DNA from: Candidatus Hydrogenedentota bacterium
GTDB lineage: Bacteria > Hydrogenedentota > Hydrogenedentia > Hydrogenedentales > SLHB01
DNA length: 64,000 nt
Direction of reading: 5' to 3'
Assembly: GCA_963674865.2 (NCBI GenBank)
Contig: CAXXYE010000003.1
Coordinates: forward strand, 26,373 to 90,372
The stretch's first letter is position 1; each line of letters starts with the position of its first letter. The notes beneath the pieces were generated by a model. The model made no database searches, had not been told where the DNA came from, and saw nothing but the letters and a program-made list of their open reading frames with translations. Below are positions 52,793 to 60,854 of the stretch, in pieces. Made by a program: the position numbers and the translations under genes.

Positions 52793-53135
52793 TTGCCCCC
52801 GTGCCATGTCTGCGCTATACTCTCCTGCCATCGGAATGGGGAGGAAGAGGGGACATGTTCAAAGCGCCGTCTTCGGCGCGACTACCTGTCACCTTTTCGG
52901 GCCATCCTTTGAACCGGGGCGGCAAGGGCCTCAGGAGCCCCGTGGATGATCGGTAGAGGGGAGAACGAAGGAGCAGTACACAAAGGCCATACATCCCCTG
53001 AGGCCATTGCCGGACATGGCTTAATATATTGCAAATACAGGCTTTAGGCCAGCGTTTCCGGAGGAGCTTTATGCCGCTTTCGCCCGGCCCGAAGACGGGT
53101 CGCGCATCACTTGGCAGCCATTGGGGGAGGTACGA
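52793..53135 (+). promoter_or_regulatory. Conserved upstream module, copy A (promoter P, long leader, E3 core, SD plus uORF)
   Basis: TTGCCC-17-TATACT at 52793..52821. GGGGAGAACGAAGG at 52958..52971. E3 core TTGCAAATACAGGCTTTAGGCCAGCGTTTCCGGAGGAGCTTTATGCCGC at 53029... It is homologous along its length to 54224..54617. Confidence 0.6.
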
Positions 53136-53139
53136 ATGA
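53071..53139 (+). CDS. Candidate 22-codon leader uORF, translationally coupled to the downstream gene
   Basis: GGAGGAG SD is 5 nt before ATG 53071. It encodes MPLSPGPKTGRASLGSHWGRYE. Its TGA overlaps the ATG of the 53136 gene (ATGA). The ATG context TATGCCGC is conserved in copy B. Confidence 0.3.
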   Translation: MPLSPGPKTGRASLGSHWGRYE

Positions 53140-54167
53140 GGAGCCTGCGAACTATTGCTAACGAGGTCAATCGCGCGGCGAGCGCCTACCGCATGGGTGA
53201 GTTCCAGCTCATTCGCCAGCGCATCCATGGACTTTCCCGGTCGAAGACGCGACAGATATTCACGGCTCAGACAATAAGGGACACATATGCATTTCACTCC
53301 GGCGGCCGGAAAGAGATCCAGTTCAATATCGGTTTCGAGGGTGACGCCAAGGAGTATCTGCGATACGGGCTGGCGTTCTCGCTGGAACCAAGCCGGACGC
53401 TCCCTGAGCCACTGATGCTCAAGCCGAAGATCCTGAGGCTGAATGAATACATCAGCACGAACTCGTCGGAACTCGATGATCTGCGATTTTGGTACTACTT
53501 CAACGAGGACAGAAGCCCCTCCCGTCCCGTGACTCCGATTGCTGAGGCGCTGATCCGCAAGCGCACGTTCCTGTTCTTAGGAAAGATGTCGCCACGCGAG
53601 ACGGTGCAGTCCCAGGAGATTCTGTTCCTGTTCGATCGCCTACTCTCAGCATATGAGTACGTGGAAGGCAACACGCCCCTACCGAAAACGCGGACAGATC
53701 TGCGCAAGGGACTTCAGTTCAAACCAGGTTGCTCCGAGAAAGCGCCTGCGTCAGTGCGTCATCCCGGCACCATGACGAAGTCTGTTACGCTTCGGCACAC
53801 TGAGCTTGAGAAGGCCGTCTACACTATTCTCTTGCAGCGCCATGGAGAGGAGAACGTCGGGACGGAGAATGACACAGGCCGGGGCTCGCGAGTGGACTTG
53901 GTTGTGCGGGATGGCAAGCAACACATCTACTATGAGATCAAGACAAGTCCAGACATCAGGACCTGCCTGCGCGAGGCAATTTCGCAGCTTCTAGAGTACT
54001 CGTATTGGCCCGGCGGCAACGAGGCCACCGCTCTGGTCGTTGTGTCGGAGAATCCCATGACACACGACGCACGGAGATATCTGGCCACACTCAGGAATCG
54101 CTTCAATATCCCGATCTACTACCGGTATCTCGAGATGGGATCAGGCACACTTGGGAAGCATGAATAG
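53136..54167 (+). CDS. Hypothetical protein with a C-terminal PD-(D/E)xK nuclease-like domain
   Basis: C-terminus GSRVDLVVRDGKQHIYYEIKTSPDIRTCLREAISQLLEY fits the D...(D/E)xK...Q restriction-endonuclease-fold motif. The N-terminal ~230 aa were not recognised. ATG 53136 is preceded by GGGGGAGG. Confidence 0.5.
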   Translation: MRSLRTIANEVNRAASAYRMGEFQLIRQRIHGLSRSKTRQIFTAQTIRDTYAFHSGGRKEIQFNIGFEGDAKEYLRYGLAFSLEPSRTLPEPLMLKPKILRLNEYISTNSSELDDLRFWYYFNEDRSPSRPVTPIAEALIRKRTFLFLGKMSPRETVQSQEILFLFDRLLSAYEYVEGNTPLPKTRTDLRKGLQFKPGCSEKAPASVRHPGTMTKSVTLRHTELEKAVYTILLQRHGEENVGTENDTGRGSRVDLVVRDGKQHIYYEIKTSPDIRTCLREAISQLLEYSYWPGGNEATALVVVSENPMTHDARRYLATLRNRFNIPIYYRYLEMGSGTLGKHE

Positions 54168-54223
54168 GGACAGCCCCAACATCGACCTTCAGGCCAGAAG
54201 GCCAGCGCGGATCGGGGCCATTC

Positions 54224-54617
54224 TTGCGCTGAGGTCAGGCATTGTATCGTGCTGAAAGGAAGCGTCCCAACTAAGAAACACTATCCGCTTTGCGGCCTGG
54301 ACTACTATGGCGGGACTCAGGACTTCAGGTGGTACTCACAGATGGTGATTCCTGTGGGCCAATCGGTGGCGCAAGGGTGTCAAGAACCCCGAGAACTATC
54401 TGCAACGGGGAGAACGAAGGGCCACTAGTACAGACGCCGTCTGTCTGTCTGTGTCCATTGCACAGCATGACTTAATGCTCTGTAAATAAAGGCTTTGGGC
54501 CAGTCTTGCCGAAGGGGTCATATGCCGCAATCGCGCGCATCGAGCGGGCGTCCTCCGTCCGTTGAGCCGCCGCCGGGCCGTTCCCCTATTGAAGAGAAGA
54601 AGGGAATCTGATACATC
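54224..54617 (+). promoter_or_regulatory. Conserved upstream module, copy B
   Basis: Degenerate P (TTGCGC-15-TATCGT, 54224..54250). GGGGAGAACGAAGG at 54407..54420. E3 core CTGTAAATAAAGGCTTTGGGCCAGTCTTGCCGAAGGGGTCATATGCCGC at 54480... The distance from the GGGGAGAACGAAGG box to the uORF ATG is 115 nt, versus 113 nt in copy A. Confidence 0.6.
54522..54611 (+). CDS. Candidate 29-codon leader uORF ending 6 nt before the endonuclease ATG
   Basis: GAAGGGG SD-like box sits before ATG 54522. It encodes MPQSRASSGRPPSVEPPPGRSPIEEKKGI and is positionally equivalent to the uORF in copy A. Confidence 0.3.
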   Translation: MPQSRASSGRPPSVEPPPGRSPIEEKKGI

Positions 54618-55355
54618 ATGTCCATGGAACCTGAGAGCATACTCCACGATCTGACCCGTCGCACAGGCCAGGCCGTTGCACACTACTGGAGGACGCGAAC
54701 CGGACAGCAAGACCGGCAACGCCAGACAGGCAAGGCTGACCAGGGATTGCGCAGCGCCGTAACCGGCGGCGCTCAGATGGATGGTTTCATCGACCTCTTC
54801 ACGGAACTCATCGTAGCGACTGGGATTCCCGAGCGTTGCGTCTTCCGGAAGAAGGCCGTTGAATTGCCGGGATTCTTCCGTCCCACCAAGGAATGGGACC
54901 TGCTCGTCGTACGGGAGAAGACGCTGCTGGTTGCCATCGAGGCGAAGTCTCAGGGCGGGCCGTCGTTCGGGAACAACTTCAACAACCGAACCGAAGAGGC
55001 GATGGGAAGCGCCCTCGACTTATGGACTGCCTATCGGGAGCGCGCATACCTTGATAGCCCCCAGCCCTTTCTCGGCTACTTCTTCATGCTGGAGGATTGC
55101 CCCTTGTCCAACCGCCCCGTCAAGGTCAGGGAGCCGCATTTTCAGGTCTTCCCCGAATTCCTTGGCGCATCATACATGCGGCGGTACGAGGTATTCTGCC
55201 GCAAGCTCGTGCTGGAACGTCACTACACTGCGGCAGCGTTTGTCTCATCCACGGCAACCGACGGCATCCAGGGACATTTCGCGACGCCGGCGGAGGACCT
55301 GTCCGTCGAGCGTTTCGCCAAGACCCTCGCGGCGCACGTGGCCGCCTTTGCCTAG
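54618..55355 (+). CDS. Type II restriction endonuclease, XhoI/PaeR7I-like family (recalled from memory, not searched)
   Basis: 245 aa. RSAVTGGAQMDGF ... PTKEWDLLVV ... VAIEAKSQGGPSFGNNFNNRTEEAMGSALDLWTAYRE resembles the conserved core of PaeR7I-family enzymes. A DNA methyltransferase follows immediately. Confidence 0.65.
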   Translation: MSMEPESILHDLTRRTGQAVAHYWRTRTGQQDRQRQTGKADQGLRSAVTGGAQMDGFIDLFTELIVATGIPERCVFRKKAVELPGFFRPTKEWDLLVVREKTLLVAIEAKSQGGPSFGNNFNNRTEEAMGSALDLWTAYRERAYLDSPQPFLGYFFMLEDCPLSNRPVKVREPHFQVFPEFLGASYMRRYEVFCRKLVLERHYTAAAFVSSTATDGIQGHFATPAEDLSVERFAKTLAAHVAAFA

Positions 55356-55360
55356 AGCCA

Positions 55361-56268
55361 TGGAGACCACCGTTCATAGACTCATTAACGGGGATGCCAG
55401 AGAGCTTGCATTCCTCGATGACGCGTCCGTTCATCTCGTGGTGACGTCCCCTCCCTACTGGAACCTGAAACGCTATAACGAGAATCCAGACCAGTTGGGA
55501 CACATACAGGACTATGAGGCCTTTCTGTTCGAGTTGGAAAAGGTGTGGCGGCATGTCTACCGCATACTCGTTCCCGGCGGAAGACTTGTTTGCGTGGTTG
55601 GGGATGTCTGCGTCGCCCGGCGGAAGTTCGGCCGCCATCTCGTCTTTCCTCTCCATGCCGACATCTGCGTTGTCTGTCGACGGATCGGATTCGACAATCT
55701 CAATCCGATCATCTGGCACAAGATCGCCAACGCCTCCTATGAGGTCGAGAACGGTTCGAAGTTTCTTGGGAAGCCCTATGAACCAAATGCCATCATCAAG
55801 AATGACATGGAGTTCATCTTGATGCAGCGGAAACCGGGAGGCTATCGGAAACCCACGAACGAGCAACGCGAAGCAAGCAGAATCGAAAAGGAGACATTTG
55901 ATCGCTGGTTTCAGCAGATCTGGAACATAACCGGGGCCTCCACCAAGAAGCACCCGGCCCCGTATCCTCTGGAGTTGGCGACGCGCCTTGTCCGGATGTT
56001 CTCCTTCACGGATGACACGGTTCTCGATCCCTTCTGTGGCTCCGGCACCACCATGGTTGCCGCCTTGCGAAACGGGCGCAACAGCATCGGGATCGAGATC
56101 GATCCCGACTACTGCCACATGGCCGCCCGCTACCTGAAGGCGGAAACGGCGGATCTTTTCTCGACAGCGGAACTTCGCTTTGAGAAGGCGCCCACCGAGA
56201 CAACTGCCATGGTGCGAGAAGACAAAGCACTGTACGAAGTACGGCCCGCCAAGAAGAAGCTCGAATAG
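55361..56268 (+). CDS. DNA amino-methyltransferase, beta-class (motif IV SPPY before motif I)
   Basis: VVTSPPYWNLKRY (motif IV) is N-terminal and DPFCGSGTTMVAA (motif I) is C-terminal. ATG 55361 is 5 nt after the endonuclease stop. Confidence 0.85.
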
Positions 56269-56326
56269 GCAAGCCATCCTGCATCGCCTTGCCACGCGGA
56301 ATTCTCCCTCATGAAGGCCCGCACGC

Positions 56327-56373
56327 CGTGGCGTGGTACAATCCACGGCATGGCGGGGCGTTGGCCCAAGGCG
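56327..56373 (+). repeat. Right copy of the direct repeat flanking island 2 (decayed C-terminal fragment of the 49565..52288 gene)
   Basis: In frame it reads ...HAVAWYNPRHGGALAQGE, versus YDVAWYDPRHGGALAQGK in the intact gene. 41/47 nt are identical. Confidence 0.85.
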
Positions 56374-56415
56374 AGGCGCGCGCGCCTCTTGGCACAGTGA
56401 AGGCAGGGATGAGTC

Positions 56416-58464
56416 ATGGCCGGTATGCTTCCGTTTCTTGCGGCGATCTCCGTTTTGGCGGCTGATGTGCAAGCCAATCCGGCTCGCGAGATCCTATTCG
56501 ATGATGATTTCAGCGGGTTGCCGACGGGCCTGCTCGGCAGCGTACTCGGCGCTCATGCGGAGTACCACTACCTGCCCGAAACGGCGCCCAAGGGCTTCTG
56601 GGGCATCACCGCGTTCCGCTCGGATCCCGGCTCGCAACGGGCCTGGCGCGTCTGTCGCGAGGATGGGCGCGCGGTGTTGGTGCAGTCCTACGAGAACACG
56701 AAGAACTACACGCATCCCATGATCATCGCGGGCGACCCGCTGTGGTCGGACTACACGATTACCGTCCGTTTCGCGCCGGAGAGCGACGCAGGCCAGAGCG
56801 GCATCATGTTCCGCTATCGGAATAACCGGTGCTATTACTTCTTCGGCGTGGACGGGCCGAAAGTCGTCCTCAAGATGGTGCGCCACGCGACCGCATTCCA
56901 CGAGCCGTACGAGGAGATTCTGGCGGAGCAGGACTACGCCTGGACGCCCGGCGAGTACCTCACGGCCGAGGTCGCCGTCGCCGGGAGCCACATCCGGGCC
57001 AAGCTCGACGGGGCCGTGCTCGAAGCCGATGACGCCACCTACACGGCGGGCAAGATCGGGCTCACATCGGACATCCCCACCCGCTTCTCACGGGTGACGG
57101 TGGAAACCACGCCCGAAGTGCGAAAGCGCATCAATACGCTCATCAGGAGCCGCGAAGCGGAGCGGGCGGCCCTCCAGGCCGAGAATCCGAAACCCGTCGT
57201 GTGGAAGAAGATCAAAACCGAAGGCTTCGGCGTGGGGCGGAATCTCCGCTTCGGCGACCTGACGGGGGACGGCCAGGTCGATGTCCTTATCGGCCAGGTG
57301 ATTCACCACGGGCCGAAAGACCGCAACAGCGAACTCAGTTGCCTCACGGCGATGACCTTCGATGGCGATATCCTGTGGCAAATCGGGGAGCCGGATCCGT
57401 GGAGAGACCACCTCACAAATGATGTGGGATTCCAGATCCACGACTTCGACGGCGACGGCCGGAACGAGGTGGTCTATTGCATGGGCTGCGAACTCATCGT
57501 GGCCGACGGCTCCACGGGCAAGACGAAGTTCAAGGCGCCGACGCCCGAATCGCCCAAAGACAGCAAGCCGCCGTACAACCGGTTTCCGCGCATCTTGGGC
57601 GACAGCCTGTATTTCTGCGACCTGCGCGGGCAGGGCCGCGCGGGCGATGTCATCATCAAGGATCGCTACCAGCACCTGTGGGCGTTGAACGACCGCTTCG
57701 AGGTCCTGTGGGACGCCGAGTGCAACACCGGCCACTATCCCTACGCCTACGACGTGGACGGCGACGGCAAGGACGAACTGGCCATCGGATACTCCCTGTT
57801 CGACCACGACGGCAAGGTCCTCTGGACGCTCGACGAGGTTCTCAAAGACCACGCCGACGGCGTCGCCATCGCGAAGTTCTCCGATGACAAGGACGCCGAG
57901 CCGAGGGTGCTATGCGCCGCGAGCGACGAGGGCATGATCTCTATCGACCTGCGCGGCAAGATCCTCAAACACCACTACCTCGGCCACGTCCAGAATCCGG
58001 CCATCGCCAATTTCCGGCCCGATAAGCCCGGCCTCGAGGCCGTTTCCGTCAATTTCTGGGGAAATCAGGGGATTATCCACCTGTTCGACGCGGAAGGGAA
58101 CGTCTATCACGACTTCGAGCCCTTCCAGCATGGAAGCCTGTGCCTGCCCGTCAACTGGGTGGGCGGGGGACAGGAGTACTTCGTGCTCTCCGCCAACGTC
58201 GAGGATGGGGGACTCTTCGACGGTTGGGGCCGGCGCGTCGTCGCATTTCCCGCCGACGGCCACCCGGACATGTGCTACGCGGTGCTGGATATCACCGGCG
58301 ACTGCCGCGACGAGATCGTCGTCTGGGACCCCTACGAGTTGTGGATCTACACGCAGGACGACAATCCCAAGTCCGGCCGCCTCTACAGACCCCGCCGCAA
58401 CCCCCTCTACAACGACTCCAATTACCAGGCCATCGTTTCACTGCCGGGCTGGACGGAAGAATAG
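56416..58464 (+). CDS. Secreted protein: concanavalin/DUF1080-like N-domain plus FG-GAP beta-propeller
   Basis: Signal-like MAGMLPFLAAISVLAADVQA. FG-GAP motifs DLTGDGQVDVLI, DFDGDGRNEVV, DVDGDGKDELAI and DITGDCRDEIVVWD. Confidence 0.55.
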   Translation: MAGMLPFLAAISVLAADVQANPAREILFDDDFSGLPTGLLGSVLGAHAEYHYLPETAPKGFWGITAFRSDPGSQRAWRVCREDGRAVLVQSYENTKNYTHPMIIAGDPLWSDYTITVRFAPESDAGQSGIMFRYRNNRCYYFFGVDGPKVVLKMVRHATAFHEPYEEILAEQDYAWTPGEYLTAEVAVAGSHIRAKLDGAVLEADDATYTAGKIGLTSDIPTRFSRVTVETTPEVRKRINTLIRSREAERAALQAENPKPVVWKKIKTEGFGVGRNLRFGDLTGDGQVDVLIGQVIHHGPKDRNSELSCLTAMTFDGDILWQIGEPDPWRDHLTNDVGFQIHDFDGDGRNEVVYCMGCELIVADGSTGKTKFKAPTPESPKDSKPPYNRFPRILGDSLYFCDLRGQGRAGDVIIKDRYQHLWALNDRFEVLWDAECNTGHYPYAYDVDGDGKDELAIGYSLFDHDGKVLWTLDEVLKDHADGVAIAKFSDDKDAEPRVLCAASDEGMISIDLRGKILKHHYLGHVQNPAIANFRPDKPGLEAVSVNFWGNQGIIHLFDAEGNVYHDFEPFQHGSLCLPVNWVGGGQEYFVLSANVEDGGLFDGWGRRVVAFPADGHPDMCYAVLDITGDCRDEIVVWDPYELWIYTQDDNPKSGRLYRPRRNPLYNDSNYQAIVSLPGWTEE

Positions 58465-58699
58465 CGAATCCCGGTAAGTCATCAGGTTGAGGGCGAACAA
58501 GCTGCGCCGAACTCTCTGTTGCGCGTTTATTTTCGCACTTTTCCCATATCTCCGCGCCTGAAGGGCGACCATCTTGCAGTGGCATTGCATAATATATGCA
58601 GTGAGGATGCAGGAGAGGGAAATACGTAGCCACGCCGTCCCCGGCGCTCGGAATCTGGGCCCCCTTTCTCCAACGGCTCTTCACACGCCCTGAAGGAAC

Positions 58700-60802
58700 T
58701 CACCGCGGGCCAAAGTCGACTTCGGTGACGGCGTTGGCCCGGATGGTTACCCGTTTGGGCGGATAGACGAGTTCCCACCCCGCGCCGATGCTGCCGAGCG
58801 CTGGGGCCGCCATGTAATCGCCGGGCGGCAGGCACCGGAGATAGTACTCCAAGTGCCGGATCTGCACGTGGCTGATCACCGTGGCCAGGCCCCTTGCCAA
58901 CGCCGTCACAGGCTCCTCGGACAACACATCCTCCAAGGGTGCATCAGCGATCCAAATCCAGGCCCTTGCGCCAGGTGGGAAGACAGAGGGGGATTCCGGT
59001 ATTGCCATCTTCCCGTGAATCCCGCCCGTCTCGCCGCCTCTCAGGCTTACAGAGAGTGTTTCACCTGCGCGGACGGCGCCGAAATGCGGATAGGCTGTAT
59101 AGACGGTACCTTCGTTTCGGTAGTACTCCGGCTCGGCCGCGTGAGGTGTGAGAGTGGTGATTGCGGCGCTATAGGCGCCGGGGCCTACGCGGAACGAGAA
59201 GGTATACGGATCGCCCTCCGCCGCCGAAGTGGTGCTGAAACAGGAGCATGGGCGCATCGAAGCCGGTTCAGCGTACAGACATACTTCCCAGAGCGTCTCG
59301 AAGGCGTTTGACGCGTTCGTCATCGAGAAATCGTAGGCCGGCTCATAACTCAGAACGACCTCGCCGCCCTTCTCCAAGGCAATCCGAACGCCTTCGGTTT
59401 TCCGGTTCGGCTCGATGTTGATATCGGGCGCGTATCCTGGCGCGTAGCCTTTCGCGCGTGCTTCGAGCGTCCCGTTTCCAGCAAACACGCGCTCCAAAAA
59501 AAAGCGCCCCTTCTTATCCGTCAACGCGCCCACCGAAGAACGCCGACGCCCCCCGTAGTAGCGGAACGCGGGCGAATCGCTCGATACCATCTCGACGTGC
59601 GCCCTCGGAATCGGCTCCTCCGTCGCCTTGTCGACGACGACCCCAGTCACCTGCCCGAGTTCCCCGATCTTCTCAAGGACAATGTCCGCTTTCTCCGAGC
59701 CTGCGGGAACGTCGTCGAGTCTGCCGAGGCGGTACTCCGGGTGCGCGAAGAGGAGGGTAGAGCCTTCATCGGAATCCAGGGGGACTACACCGAACAAATA
59801 GCGGCCTCTCGCATCTGTGAATGTGGAGAGCAAGTTGTTCTGTACATGCACATCCTCGATGGGGTCGCCGTCCACGTCATACACGTGTCCGGATATGTTC
59901 CCCCTATCAAAAGGCAGGACCAATTCCACATCCTCTACCTTCTCATTGGGCAACAGTTCTACCTCCCAGTACTCGCCGATAAGATCGCGAGAGATGCGAG
60001 TAGCGCCAAGATGTGCATCGACGTGGAAGTAATAGCGGCCCGGCGCGAGGCCGGTTGACTCGAAGAGGCCCTTGTCGTCAGCGATGGCCTGCACTACCGT
60101 GCCTTTGACTTCCTCGGCCATCAGAACGAAGTACACGCGTGCGGCCGGTACGGGAGTCCCGTCGAACAGCGATACGGAGCCCGCGATCTGCCCTGTGCCG
60201 TCAGGCACGAGCGGCGATAGCTGGAAGTCGAGCACAACCGGCGTCTTATCACCGATGAGCGCCTTCTTCGTCATGGCGCCATAGCCCTCCGCGCTCGCCC
60301 GCACGCGCCAGGGCACGGAACCGGACCTCAAGGCCGCGAATGCTTTTTCCGCAGCCACGGACACTACGGCACTTCCTGACAGAGCACGGTGACGAAACTC
60401 CGCTTCCCGGATAGCGGCGTCATCAATGGTTCGGATGATCGGGATCTCAAGGCGGTAGGCGCCGGCTTCGTCTGTGGTCGTGCCGTCAACTTCAACCGAG
60501 CCGAGCTGATCCGGAAAGAGTGCGGATAGAGTCTTGGACAATCCTGCGCTTACCTGGGCGCTCGCGATGGGCACGCCATCTTCCGCATATACGTGCCCCG
60601 CCAGCACGATATGCGTCAGCGTTGGCGCCACGGCCGGCTTTGGCGGCTCGGGCGGAGGTGTCTGTGTCGATGCCTCCGGAACGGCGACTTCCTCAGTCTC
60701 ACCCGGAGCATGCCGAGGAGGCGTTTCCCGTTCCCGCAGCAGGAGCAAGACAGCCAACAGCGCGATGAAAACGACAACCGCGATAGCCCATCTGGCTCTC
60801 AT
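58700..60802 (-). CDS. Membrane-anchored protein with several carboxypeptidase-regulatory-like (CarboxypepD_reg) beta-sandwich domains
   Basis: N-terminal TM helix WAIAVVVFIALLAVLLLL. Repeated G(H/V)VYxxDGxPIxxAxV-type motifs (GHVYAEDGVPIASAQV, GHVYDVDGDPIEDVHV, GVVVDKATEEPIPRAHV). Confidence 0.5.
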   Translation of the reverse strand: MRARWAIAVVVFIALLAVLLLLRERETPPRHAPGETEEVAVPEASTQTPPPEPPKPAVAPTLTHIVLAGHVYAEDGVPIASAQVSAGLSKTLSALFPDQLGSVEVDGTTTDEAGAYRLEIPIIRTIDDAAIREAEFRHRALSGSAVVSVAAEKAFAALRSGSVPWRVRASAEGYGAMTKKALIGDKTPVVLDFQLSPLVPDGTGQIAGSVSLFDGTPVPAARVYFVLMAEEVKGTVVQAIADDKGLFESTGLAPGRYYFHVDAHLGATRISRDLIGEYWEVELLPNEKVEDVELVLPFDRGNISGHVYDVDGDPIEDVHVQNNLLSTFTDARGRYLFGVVPLDSDEGSTLLFAHPEYRLGRLDDVPAGSEKADIVLEKIGELGQVTGVVVDKATEEPIPRAHVEMVSSDSPAFRYYGGRRRSSVGALTDKKGRFFLERVFAGNGTLEARAKGYAPGYAPDINIEPNRKTEGVRIALEKGGEVVLSYEPAYDFSMTNASNAFETLWEVCLYAEPASMRPCSCFSTTSAAEGDPYTFSFRVGPGAYSAAITTLTPHAAEPEYYRNEGTVYTAYPHFGAVRAGETLSVSLRGGETGGIHGKMAIPESPSVFPPGARAWIWIADAPLEDVLSEEPVTALARGLATVISHVQIRHLEYYLRCLPPGDYMAAPALGSIGAGWELVYPPKRVTIRANAVTEVDFGPR

Positions 60803-60854
60803 CTACACCCCCGGTGATGTTTGCCGTGGCAACTGTCCCTGAGAACACGTTCCT

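Noticed and set aside
52915-54560. Interpreting the conserved E3 elements as integron attC sites, which would make this a gene-cassette array.
   Set aside because: I looked for the inverse-core/core pair (RYYYAAC ... GTTRRRY) and an imperfect-palindrome architecture. Only one copy has GCCTAAC, and it has no matching partner. The elements lie 5' of the genes with promoter, SD and uORF features, and no intI is in the window. The idea is kept only as an alternative hypothesis in the findings.
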